A stretch of 64,000 nt of DNA from Myxococcota bacterium. GTDB lineage: Bacteria; Myxococcota; XYA12-FULL-58-9; JALHOP01. Shown one piece after another: positions 9,366-19,667 of the stretch. Each line of letters begins with the position of its first letter. The first letter of the stretch is position 1. Both the position numbers and the translations under genes were made by a program. The stretch spans positions 106,144 to 170,143 of the forward strand of contig JALHOP010000010.1 of assembly GCA_022842935.1 (NCBI GenBank), given 5' to 3'. A model generated the notes under the pieces. That model was not told where the DNA came from, did no database searches, and saw only the letters and a list, made by a program, of their open reading frames with translations.

Positions 9366-9638
9366 TTAGCGCTTCTTGCTTTTCTTCTTCGCGCCGCCAC
9401 TCTTGGCGCCGCCACCACTCCCATCGGAGCGGAGCAACTGCCAGGGCTCCATCTTGAGCACCTCGGCGATTTTGTCGATCCAGTCGACGGACGCGCCCTT
9501 CTTGCTGCCGAGCACGTCATACAACTGGGAACGCGACACCCCGGCGAAGTCGGCGAGCTTGTTTACGCCCAAGCCCTGCTTCTCCGTGGCGCGACGAACA
9601 TTATGGGCCAACGTGTTGCGAATTCCACGAGATTTCAC
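9366..9638 (-). CDS. XRE/Cro-C1 HTH transcriptional regulator with a basic Gly/Lys tail
   Basis: LAHNVRR...LADFAGVSRSQLYDV...IDKIAEVLKMEPWQLL, ending in GGGAKSGGAKKKSKKR. Confidence 0.8.
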   Translation of the reverse strand: MKSRGIRNTLAHNVRRATEKQGLGVNKLADFAGVSRSQLYDVLGSKKGASVDWIDKIAEVLKMEPWQLLRSDGSGGGAKSGGAKKKSKKR

Positions 9639-10079
9639 GCCGCGAAAGCTATGCGATCCCCAGCCCGCCGTGAACCGCTATCGCGGATCCAGTGCTTTTT
9701 TTTGCGATTTTTGTGTCGTTTTTCGTGCCCGCGTACGCGGACACGCCCCCCCGGGCCGACTGCAATCGCAGACTACAAACGCGAACAGCCCGCCTGGTTG
9801 GGTAACCCGAATGAGCGGCAAACTCGCGTCGTTCTTGAATTAACCGTCTACGTCCGCTAACGCAAGCAGGAAAAGTTCGCATTCGTGGGCAAACCACTCT
9901 GAGGAGCGGCTCAACCGCACCGCCGAGGCGGACAACGCATGCACAACCAGCAGACACTCTGTCAGGCGAGGCCTAGAACACATCGCATAGCCTGAGATGT
10001 GTTCTGTCTGCCGCAGGCAGCGAACAGCTGCGCGAAACAACAAGGCCCGTCAGGGGCTTGAGAGCGTGTCTGATACGCT

Positions 10080-12269
10080 CTAGTCGCGACCGGTGCGTTG
10101 ACGCACCAGCAGCGATAGTTTCTGGAGCTCTGCAGTCCCGCGCAGTGCGGCGAAGTCGGGGTCGGTCTCGAAGCTGGTGTTGGGAAAGCCCAGCTCGACC
10201 GAGCGGGAGAGATAAACGAGCGCAAGCTTACTGTCGCCCGCTATCGCGTAGTAGCAGGCGAGATTGTACGTGCCCCAGGTACTGTCCGTCGCCTTGGTGG
10301 CGCGCTCTGCTGCGGCGCGCGCCTCGTCTTTCTTCCCGGCGTGCTCGAGAGCGACGGCTTCGAGCGCGCAAGCGAACTGCGCGCTGCTACTCTTGCACCC
10401 AGTCGCGAAAGCCTGTCCCGCTTCCGCGTAACGTGACAGGCGCATGAACGAGAGACCGAGTGTCACATAGTTGCGCCACGAAAGCGGATTGAGTGCCACG
10501 GCTTGCTGAGCACGTTCGAGCGCATCATGCGGCCGGTCGAGCTCGCCAAGGCTCTCGGACAGCGACGCAACCGTCCAAGCGTTGGCCGGGTCGATGGACA
10601 GCGCCTCTTCGAGGACCGCGAGGCTTCGTGCCTTATCGCCGGTAACCCCTAGCGCAAGTGCGCGATAGCGCATCACCCACGCGCGTGCTGCGGGGGACAG
10701 GTCATCACGCTCGACGATGGAGGCGAAGAGGTCGAGCGCCGTCTTCATGTCACCGCGGCCATAAGCAAGGTAGGCACGGTAGAACGCCGAATACGGGTTT
10801 TTGGCGTCGATGGTCTCGAGCGCAGACATTGCCTCGCGTAGCTGCGCGGCATGTTCCGTCGAGGGGTCAGCGTCCCAGGCAAGCAGCAGCGCCTGCGTCC
10901 GTAGCGCGTGTGCCGCCATCTCTTGCGGAAAGGCGTTGACCAACCGAGCCGTCGATTCGAGAGCGCGGGCAGCGTCGCCCGTGCGAATGGCGCCCAGAGC
11001 GATGCTCGTGTCGGGCGAACGCGCCATGGCCGGGCCACCGGTCACATTACCGATATAGTCGTAGAGCCGCGGCAAGTCGGCGCCCATCTGCGTGGCGACC
11101 CCGCGTGACAGCTCGAGCGCAAGGCTCGAGAGGTCGTTGCTCGGACTGCTCGCTTGCGTACCCCAGACGATGCGGTTCTCTACGGCGTCGATGAGGTTGA
11201 GGTTGGCCTGCAGTTGCTCGCCGTTGCGGGTCACGGCGCCCGTGAGCATACGCCCCGCGCCGTGCTCGCGCGCGACCTGCGAGCGGTCCATGGCACCGGT
11301 GCCGAGCTCCGTCGCGTCGGGCACCGGCAGGACCTTCAGGCCCGCCAGGGCGAGATTGACCGCTATGGCTTCGGCGAAGGCGCGGCCGAGATACGCCGAG
11401 CCCTCGTTCTGACCACGCACCTCCATGGGCACGATAAGCACGGTGTGACCATCGATTTGGGGTGCCTTCTGGCGCTCGACGATTGTGACCGCGATTGCGG
11501 TCACGACACCAACGACCACGAGGGCCGCGAGCCAGCCCAGGCTACGACCGCGCCGCTGGACCTTGCTCGTCGGGCGCGGCACAGGCTTGGGGGCCGGCTG
11601 TACGTCGGGGGTCTCGGGGCCACGCTCGCGCTCGAGGTCGGCAGCTAGCGTGGCCGCCGACGCGTAACGCTGCTCGCGCTGCGGAGCCATCGCCTTCACG
11701 AGGATGCGCTCGACGCCAGCGGGCACCTGACCCGTGAGTGGCTTTGGCTTCGCGGAGATGATCTGCCGGGTAAGGTCTGAGCGGGAGCTACCCGGGAAAG
11801 CCCGTTGCCCGCTGAGCATTTCATAGAGAATGGCGCCAAGCGCGAAGATGTCGTCAGCGGCTTCGGCACGCCCGCCCTGCACCTGATCAGGGCTCTTGTA
11901 GGCGAGTGCGCCCAAGATGACGTCGGCCTTGCGGACGTGTGGTCGGCTTTGCGCCAGCTCCTCGAGCGCCGCGAACGTACGATTGCCATCCGCTGATAGC
12001 TCTTGGGTGATTCGCCTGCCCCGCGGCATGTCGTGAACATGGACGCGACCGTCAGCGCCGAGCTGGATGCTCGCCGGGCTCAGATCTCCATGCACCACGC
12101 CCCGCTCGTGGGCCTCACGCAGCTCGCGCGCGATTGCCAGCGCCACACGAAGGGCTTCAGGCGACCGCATGGCCCCGCGGCTTAGGCGGGCGTCCAGGGT
12201 TTCGTCGGCATGCGCGAGCATTTCCCCAACATACCGATGCGCGAATGGCCCCAGCAAGCAGGTAGACAC
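10080..12269 (-). CDS. Degenerate Ser/Thr kinase (pseudokinase) with TM segment, TolB-N/CsgG-like domain and TPR repeats
   Basis: Kinase C-lobe motifs HGDLSP, YKSPDQ, DIFALGAILYEMLSG and R-Y. TM segment LGWLAALVVVGVVTAIAV. TPRs end in YNLACYYA. Start codon uncertain. Confidence 0.8.
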   Translation of the reverse strand: MSTCLLGPFAHRYVGEMLAHADETLDARLSRGAMRSPEALRVALAIARELREAHERGVVHGDLSPASIQLGADGRVHVHDMPRGRRITQELSADGNRTFAALEELAQSRPHVRKADVILGALAYKSPDQVQGGRAEAADDIFALGAILYEMLSGQRAFPGSSRSDLTRQIISAKPKPLTGQVPAGVERILVKAMAPQREQRYASAATLAADLERERGPETPDVQPAPKPVPRPTSKVQRRGRSLGWLAALVVVGVVTAIAVTIVERQKAPQIDGHTVLIVPMEVRGQNEGSAYLGRAFAEAIAVNLALAGLKVLPVPDATELGTGAMDRSQVAREHGAGRMLTGAVTRNGEQLQANLNLIDAVENRIVWGTQASSPSNDLSSLALELSRGVATQMGADLPRLYDYIGNVTGGPAMARSPDTSIALGAIRTGDAARALESTARLVNAFPQEMAAHALRTQALLLAWDADPSTEHAAQLREAMSALETIDAKNPYSAFYRAYLAYGRGDMKTALDLFASIVERDDLSPAARAWVMRYRALALGVTGDKARSLAVLEEALSIDPANAWTVASLSESLGELDRPHDALERAQQAVALNPLSWRNYVTLGLSFMRLSRYAEAGQAFATGCKSSSAQFACALEAVALEHAGKKDEARAAAERATKATDSTWGTYNLACYYAIAGDSKLALVYLSRSVELGFPNTSFETDPDFAALRGTAELQKLSLLVRQRTGRD

Positions 12270-12307
12270 GCGGCGGCGTCACCGCCGCGATCTATCCTGT
12301 TATCGGC

Positions 12308-14392
12308 CTAGTAGAACCAAATCGGGTCAATATTGCCCGGGAGGGGCAGCGAGGCGGTAAGAACCAGGTCTCCCAGGTGGGTCGCCGTGATGCCCCGGTC
12401 GCTCACCGCCACGACATAGTCGCCCATGAAGATGCTGCGGCGAATGCCAGGGTTCGACCACCAGCGCGTCGGGTCATTGAAGAAGCCCGTGTGGTCGATG
12501 GCGCCAGCGCGAGCCAGGCCGTCCGCCGAAACGGAGATGAGCTCGAGGCTACTGTAGTAGCGATACCCGGAGGAGTAGTAGCCATAGCTCGAGAGCGGCA
12601 CCGCGAGAGTCTGCTTGGGCTCCCAGTAGGTGAAGGCTTTGTGCTCGTATTGCGCCTCGCTGTACGACCAGGAGTCTTTGTTCGGCAGACCCAGCTGCAG
12701 TGACGCTGCAAGCGCTGGCTCGGTTGGCACCGATACGTCAAATAGCGAGACCTGGGTCGTGCCCCAGTCGAGCCCGGTGTTGCTGCCAGCGATACCAATC
12801 GACAACAAGCGGCCCCCCGAGAGCGGGTGCACGTAGGTCGATACGCCCGGCACCTCGAGCTCGGACACCATCACGAGCTTTGCCGGATCGGAGAGATCGA
12901 CCGTCCAGAGCGGGTCGATGTTGAGGAAGGTGACGAGATACGCGGTATCGCCAACGAAGCGCGTGGCCCAGAGCGTCTCGCCAGGCGAGATGCCGCGGAG
13001 CTCACCGAGCACCGAGAGATGAAAGTCGCCCGAGAGCGTGAACACATTGCTGCTCACCGGTGGGGGGGTTTCGACCCACCAGCGACCCCAGCGATTCGAG
13101 GTCGTCGAGACCCGCACGACGCCGTCCTTCTCGGACAGGTTGAACTGGTTGCTGACGGCGCCGGGGACGCGGCCGCTACCCTGATAGGTCGAGACCCCAG
13201 GCGTCGCGATGTCGAAGCGGTGCAGGTTCGTCGCGTCGTCGAAGGTGTCGTCTTGCCCGTAGAACCACCACCAGTTCCACGACGGCTCGGCGATCACCAA
13301 AGTGTCCGCCGAAGCGTACACGACGCTCGTGTTCGAGACGACGTGGTCCGCCTCGTAGCCCTCCTTGGTGGTATCGAAGCTGACGATTGACGTTACACCG
13401 CGACCCAAGCTGTCCTCGGCGATGCCGAAGCCCGCACACTCGGCATCGGCGAAGTTGCGCGGGGCAATCGCGGCGCCGCGGCGCTCATAGACATTGGGGA
13501 TGAAGTCCGAGAGCGGCTTCTTGTCGATGATGGCATCGTTCTTGGCGATGGCGTCTTGCACTGCGCGCTCGCGGATCGCGCGCGCCTCGGCGCTCTTCCA
13601 GTCGAGCTGCCAATAGCGCTCGGGAAACTCAGGGTAGAACAACACGTCCCAGAGGTTGATTTGACCGTACGATACGAGGCGGATCGACGTCTCGATCTTG
13701 CGCGACGTCTGGTAGTAGCCCTCGACATAGAGCTCGCGTTTGTTCGTCGGGCGAGCGCGGTCGCTGATGTCGACGAAGGTGAGCTTCACCAGCTCGTTGG
13801 TGCGCCAGGTGCGGCCATCCGCGAAGACGGCATCGGCGAAGAGCGGGTGGTCGTAGCCAAAGTAATTCGGATAGATTTGCGAGAAGACCACCAAGGTGTC
13901 TCCCGCGATGAGCATCTCCTGCGGGTAGCCCTCGATATCGAGCGTCGCGACTTGGTCGAGCTGACCGAACTCGGGGACGGCGACGATGACCAGCGTGCGG
14001 CCATTGAGCACGTAGATGAAGTCACCATCGGTCTTGACGAAGTCGCCCTCGTCGACGCCGGTCTCCTGATTGTTGGTGCCAGAGTAGTCGACGCCTTCCT
14101 CACGACCTGCGCTGTCCGCTGCGGCGCTGGGCGCCCCATCGAACGAGGCGCTGTCTTCGGCGATGCCCCTGCCCCAGCCCCAGCCGTTCGACTCGTCGAG
14201 GTACTGCAGCAACATGGTGCGCGACTCTTCGCGGAGGTTGTCTTTGAGCTTACGCGCCAGCTCCTCGCAGCTATCGAAGCGCTTGAGGGCTGCGCTACTC
14301 GCAACCCGGGGCCCAATGTCGGGGCCATCGTTGTCCGAGCAGGCGGCGACCAGGGTCGCAGCAAGGATGAAGGTCGCAAGGCGCTTGAGCAT
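12308..14392 (-). CDS. Secreted beta-propeller domain lipoprotein (Beta_propel family)
   Basis: Lipobox LVAAC, YSGTNNQETGVDEGDFVKTDG, NQFNLSE, RFVGDTAYLVTF, DPLWTVDLSDP and HKAF. RBS AGGAG. Confidence 0.85.
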   Translation of the reverse strand: MLKRLATFILAATLVAACSDNDGPDIGPRVASSAALKRFDSCEELARKLKDNLREESRTMLLQYLDESNGWGWGRGIAEDSASFDGAPSAAADSAGREEGVDYSGTNNQETGVDEGDFVKTDGDFIYVLNGRTLVIVAVPEFGQLDQVATLDIEGYPQEMLIAGDTLVVFSQIYPNYFGYDHPLFADAVFADGRTWRTNELVKLTFVDISDRARPTNKRELYVEGYYQTSRKIETSIRLVSYGQINLWDVLFYPEFPERYWQLDWKSAEARAIRERAVQDAIAKNDAIIDKKPLSDFIPNVYERRGAAIAPRNFADAECAGFGIAEDSLGRGVTSIVSFDTTKEGYEADHVVSNTSVVYASADTLVIAEPSWNWWWFYGQDDTFDDATNLHRFDIATPGVSTYQGSGRVPGAVSNQFNLSEKDGVVRVSTTSNRWGRWWVETPPPVSSNVFTLSGDFHLSVLGELRGISPGETLWATRFVGDTAYLVTFLNIDPLWTVDLSDPAKLVMVSELEVPGVSTYVHPLSGGRLLSIGIAGSNTGLDWGTTQVSLFDVSVPTEPALAASLQLGLPNKDSWSYSEAQYEHKAFTYWEPKQTLAVPLSSYGYYSSGYRYYSSLELISVSADGLARAGAIDHTGFFNDPTRWWSNPGIRRSIFMGDYVVAVSDRGITATHLGDLVLTASLPLPGNIDPIWFY

Positions 14393-14420
14393 GGGCCGAT
14401 CTCCTGAGACCGTTGGGTAC

Positions 14421-14436
14421 TGCAGGAGACACGCCA
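14421..14436 (-). promoter_or_regulatory. Sigma-54 promoter candidate for the beta-propeller lipoprotein
   Basis: The minus strand reads TGGCGTGTCTCCTGCA (GG-N10-GC), about 30 bp before ATG 14392. Confidence 0.5.
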
Positions 14437-14487
14437 AGTTCATGGGCATGATTTTGCTTACATTTTCTGTTCGCCGCGCAGTAAGAC

Positions 14488-14507
14488 ATGTCAACCGGCG
14501 TTGACAT
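14488..14507. promoter_or_regulatory. Perfect palindrome, candidate activator or repressor site
   Basis: ATGTCAAC-cggc-GTTGACAT. Confidence 0.5.
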
Positions 14508-14564
14508 CGTCCACGTTCGGCGTCAGGCCAAGAAGGTTCCTGGTCGATTCCGCACGCCGGCTGG

Positions 14565-16241
<1,677 letters not shown>

Positions 16242-16358
16242 CGCGCCTTCCCGTACACGCGCCCCCCCCAGCTAATCAAGAACTTGCGTTGACCTACCTG
16301 TCCGGTGTCAAAAAGGCACCGCTCGGCATTCCGCTGAGGTCCATGGAGAGTCCACGAG

Positions 16359-16706
16359 ATGCAGTTCGCCCGTGCTTTGTTGATGGTTCTTGGTTTGAGC
16401 ACCTTCGCCGCTTGTGGTGGCGACAGCTTCGCTGACGAGTGCGCGAGCGGCTGCGAAGAAGCGGACTGCGATGGCAACGAGCCAAGCGCGGCAGAAGTCA
16501 CCTCGTGCCAGAACGCCTGTGACGACGCTGTTGCGTTGAACGAGAAGGCGGGCTGCAACGACCAGGCCGACGAGCTCGCGAGCTGCGGCGGCGACGCTTG
16601 CAGCGACGAAGCCAACGCCGAGTGTCAGTCGGCAAGCTCGGCTTACGTTTCCTGCATCGTAGCGTTCTGCACCCAAAATCCTAACGATACAGACTGCGCG
16701 CTCTAG
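16359..16706 (+). CDS. Cys-rich lipoprotein, paralog 1 (115 aa)
   Basis: Lipobox FAAC, 12 further Cys, acidic composition. Confidence 0.8.
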   Translation: MQFARALLMVLGLSTFAACGGDSFADECASGCEEADCDGNEPSAAEVTSCQNACDDAVALNEKAGCNDQADELASCGGDACSDEANAECQSASSAYVSCIVAFCTQNPNDTDCAL

Positions 16707-16722
16707 ATTTATTTCGTTCGCT

Positions 16723-16753
16723 AGGTCGGCGGGGCACCTGGCCCCGCCGACCT
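16723..16753. repeat. Intergenic 13-bp perfect inverted repeat (hairpin without U-tract)
   Basis: AGGTCGGCGGGGC-acctg-GCCCCGCCGACCT. Confidence 0.8.
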
Positions 16754-16771
16754 CGTCACGATGGCACCGTT

Positions 16772-17119
16772 ATGATGACCTCTCTCTTCAGATGTCTTGC
16801 GCTGCTCGCTTGCATTGCCGTCGCCGCCTGCAGCAGCGACAACGCTGGCGACAAGTGTAAGGACAACTGCCGCATCGCTTGCGAAGGCGAACAAGCGCCC
16901 ACCGGTCCTGCGCTCATCAACTGCGACACCGAGTGCGACGCCATCCAGGCTCGCGTCGAGAAGCGCGGTTGTGACGACGACCTCGCGGCGCTCTACGACT
17001 GTGCGGAAGAAAACCAGTGCAAGGCGACCTTCGCCGCTGACTGCCGCGTCCAGACCGACGACCTCGCGGCCTGCGAGCTCGCGTATTGCCGCGCCAACAC
17101 GTCCGACCCCGACTGCTGA
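16772..17119 (+). CDS. Cys-rich lipoprotein, paralog 2 (115 aa)
   Basis: Lipobox VAAC and the same 12-Cys spacing. Confidence 0.8.
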   Translation: MMTSLFRCLALLACIAVAACSSDNAGDKCKDNCRIACEGEQAPTGPALINCDTECDAIQARVEKRGCDDDLAALYDCAEENQCKATFAADCRVQTDDLAACELAYCRANTSDPDC

Positions 17120-17141
17120 AACCGTTCCAAGGAGAAACCCC

Positions 17142-17489
17142 ATGAAACTCGCCCACGTCCTCTGTTTGTCCCTCGGCTTGTTTGCTATCGCGGCCTGCGG
17201 CGGCAGCAGTGTCCAGGAAACCTGCGAAGAAGGCTGCGATCGCACCTGCGCTGGCGATGAGCCGCTCACCGCCGACGAGGTTGCCGAGTGCAAGGCCGAC
17301 TGCAAGCGCTTGGCCGACCGCGTCGACACGACGGACTGCGGCGATCAAGCCGAGGCGCTGAGCAGCTGCGGCGAAGACTACGTTTGCGACCCAGCAGTCA
17401 CCTCGGAGTGCGCTGACGAGTCGGCCGCGCTTCAGCGGTGCTTTGCGGACTTCTGCTTCGACAATCCCAACAACTCAGCTTGTAGCTAG
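17142..17489 (+). CDS. Cys-rich lipoprotein, paralog 3 (115 aa)
   Basis: RBS AAGGAG, ATG 17142 MKLAHVLCLSLGLFAIAAC, same 12-Cys spacing. This is the C-terminal part of track ORF 16797..17489. Confidence 0.8.
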   Translation: MKLAHVLCLSLGLFAIAACGGSSVQETCEEGCDRTCAGDEPLTADEVAECKADCKRLADRVDTTDCGDQAEALSSCGEDYVCDPAVTSECADESAALQRCFADFCFDNPNNSACS

Positions 17490-17899
17490 TGGGTGTCCGC
17501 GTCGAGATCGACTACGAGGGCAAGCTGCACTGTCGGTGTGTGCACGCGCCCTCGGGCTCGGTGCTGCCGACGGACGCGCCGCGTGACAACCAGGGTTTGG
17601 GCGAGTCGTTTTCGCCCACCGACCTCGTCGGCACCGCGCTCGGCAGCTGCATGCTCACCACGATGGCCATCGCCGCCAGGAAGAGCGGTGTCGATCTCGG
17701 CCCCATGAGCGCGTCCGTTGACAAAGAGATGGTCGCCGACCCCAAGCGCCGCGTCGCAAAGCTCACGGTCGCCATCACCATGCCCGCCTCGGTCGACCCG
17801 GCGATGCGCGCACAGCTCGAGGACGTCGCTCACACGTGCCCCGTAGCCCTGACGCTCTCCGAGCGCACCGAGGTCGCGCTGTCGTTCACTTACGCCTGA
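17489..17899 (+). CDS. OsmC/Ohr family protein
   Basis: TDAPRDNQGLGESFSPTDL...LGSC and TCPV give two Cys. TAGTG overlap with paralog 3. Confidence 0.9.
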   Translation: MGVRVEIDYEGKLHCRCVHAPSGSVLPTDAPRDNQGLGESFSPTDLVGTALGSCMLTTMAIAARKSGVDLGPMSASVDKEMVADPKRRVAKLTVAITMPASVDPAMRAQLEDVAHTCPVALTLSERTEVALSFTYA

Positions 17900-17921
17900 G
17901 CGGACGGCGCGCACTCACGAG

Positions 17922-18341
17922 CTATTCGTCATCCCCATAGAGACCCGGTGGCGAGCGCATCACCCGGCGAATGATCTCCCCCAGGCGCATCGCGGCCGGG
18001 ACATCGCTAACGCGCAGGCGCCCCGTCAGGACCGCGAGCTCGGGGGTCAGCGAGCGATCCATCAAGCGTTTGAGCGTCTCTTCCGAGAGCGCAAAGGTGC
18101 AGTCGGCATTCGGCGCCGGACCTTCGGTGATACGGCCGCCGCGCACCGTGGTGTCGATGGTGACGGTGCCGTGCCCGTAGACGGTGACTTCGTAAACCGC
18201 GTTGGCCTTGGCCACGGCGTCAGGATTGGCGCGCATGGTGCGCGCCAGCTCATCGAGCAGCTGCGGAATGGTCGATCCGCTGATGTACGCTGGGCCGGTG
18301 GCAAAACACTGGTCGGCGCGAACGGCGTAGCAGGTCGACAT
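17922..18341 (-). CDS. SCP2 sterol/lipid-binding domain protein
   Basis: ADCTFALSEETL...LTPELAVLTGRLRVSD. Strong RBS AAGGAGG before ATG 18341. Confidence 0.75.
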   Translation of the reverse strand: MSTCYAVRADQCFATGPAYISGSTIPQLLDELARTMRANPDAVAKANAVYEVTVYGHGTVTIDTTVRGGRITEGPAPNADCTFALSEETLKRLMDRSLTPELAVLTGRLRVSDVPAAMRLGEIIRRVMRSPPGLYGDDE

Positions 18342-18425
18342 GGTTGAGTCCTCCTTCGGAGGCCGTGTATCGGTGCGCCGGTCTTGCGGTTGCGTCGCGC
18401 GGCGGTGCCGAGCGGACACCGGGGC

Positions 18426-19667
18426 TCAGCGCCAGCGCGACCAGACGTCGGCGAGCGACATTTCGAGACGCTCGGCGCTGGTGTCGGGCACGTTTGGCTT
18501 CGCGCCGCGCAAGACGTCGGTTGCCTCGCCCAACCCATCCAGGGTGAGCTCGAACATGGGGAAGATGTCGCGGATCATGCGCACACTATCGGCGTTCCAG
18601 ATGCGCTTGGGCTCGGGGTTGAGCCACACCGAGCTCGGCGCCTTTTCGCGCAAGCGTTTTAGCCAGGTGAGGCCAGTCGTTCGCTGGTTGTCTGCGAGGT
18701 CGATGACCCCACCGATGTCCGTAAGCTCGTAGGGGCTCATCCAGGCATCGCCGACCATGACCAGCGACCAGGTCTGGTCGACCTCTTTGAGCACGTCGGT
18801 TGTTTGTGTTCCGCTGAAGCGGAACATATCGGTGTAGAGGCGTCGGTAGACGCAGTTGTGGAAGAAGTAGTGTTTGAAGGCCTTGAAGTGCTTTGCCGCA
18901 TGCGCCGCCGAGAAGAGGCGCTCGCAGAGCTCTGCGTGTGGATCCATCGAGCCGCCGACGTCGACGAGCAGCAGGAGCTTGACGCGATTCGCACGTGGGG
19001 GTGCGAAAACGAGGTCGATGTCACCGCCATCGCGAGCGCTCTTGTCGATGGTGGCGTCGATATCGAGCTCGAGCTGGTTGTCCGTTTTGGCGAGCTTACG
19101 TAGACGTTTGAGCGCCGCGCCCATTTCGCGTGTGCCGAGAACACGATCGCTACGGAGGTTTGCGAAGCGCCGTGATTCCGCGATCTGCACGGCCGAGCGC
19201 CCGCCCCCGGCCCCGCCGACACGCACCCCCGTGGGGTTCTGCCCACCGTGACCAAAGGGCGACGTCCCGCCCGTACCGATCCAGCGGTTACCGCCGTCGT
19301 GGCGCTCTTTTTGCTCGCGGCGACGTTTCTCGAGCTCGTCTTTGAGACGGTCGAGGTCCCACGCCGCAAGCATGGCGCGCTCCTCGTCGCTGAGGTCGCG
19401 CGGTAGCACCGGATTTTCGAGCCATTTCATGAGCTCGTCGTCGACCGCGAAGGTCATCGGAACGTTCTTGAAGACGCTCGCGAAGACCTGGTCGTAAGTA
19501 TCGTATTGCGCCTCGCGTTTGACCAATAGGGCCCGCGCGAGCTCGTAGAAGGTCTCGAGGCTCGAGCGCGCATGCCCCGCCGCGAGCGCCTGCATGAGCG
19601 CAAGCCACTCGGTGGTCCCCACCTTGATCCCGGCCGCGCGGAGGCCGAAAAAAAGGCTCGCGAACAT
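18426..19667 (-). CDS. VWA domain protein (MoxR partner)
   Basis: GGNRWIGTGGTSPFGHGG, DVGGSM (MIDAS-like), FHNCVY and VGDAWMSPYEL. TGATG coupling to the ATPase. Confidence 0.88.
   Translation of the reverse strand: MFASLFFGLRAAGIKVGTTEWLALMQALAAGHARSSLETFYELARALLVKREAQYDTYDQVFASVFKNVPMTFAVDDELMKWLENPVLPRDLSDEERAMLAAWDLDRLKDELEKRRREQKERHDGGNRWIGTGGTSPFGHGGQNPTGVRVGGAGGGRSAVQIAESRRFANLRSDRVLGTREMGAALKRLRKLAKTDNQLELDIDATIDKSARDGGDIDLVFAPPRANRVKLLLLVDVGGSMDPHAELCERLFSAAHAAKHFKAFKHYFFHNCVYRRLYTDMFRFSGTQTTDVLKEVDQTWSLVMVGDAWMSPYELTDIGGVIDLADNQRTTGLTWLKRLREKAPSSVWLNPEPKRIWNADSVRMIRDIFPMFELTLDGLGEATDVLRGAKPNVPDTSAERLEMSLADVWSRWR

Noticed and set aside
9887-9940. GGGCAAACCACTC-tgag-GAGCGG resembles the P2 arm of a c-di-GMP-I riboswitch
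   Set aside because: No GNRA loop, no following GACGCAAA, no tetraloop receptor, and no downstream gene on that strand.
9060-10080. Possible tmRNA, RNase P, SRP or cobalamin riboswitch in the large intergenic regions
   Set aside because: I could not find the diagnostic motifs (T-arm with CCA end, GAGGAAAGTCC, SRP GGAA loop, full B12 box) on either strand.
16313-16330. GGCAC-containing motifs before lipoprotein 1, and similar ones near 16762, 28344 and 50651
   Set aside because: They lack the strict GG-N10-GC spacing needed for a sigma-54 promoter.
16797-17141. N-terminal extension of the 230-aa track ORF
   Set aside because: It overlaps paralog 2 out of frame. The true start is ATG 17142, with an AAGGAG RBS and a signal peptide.
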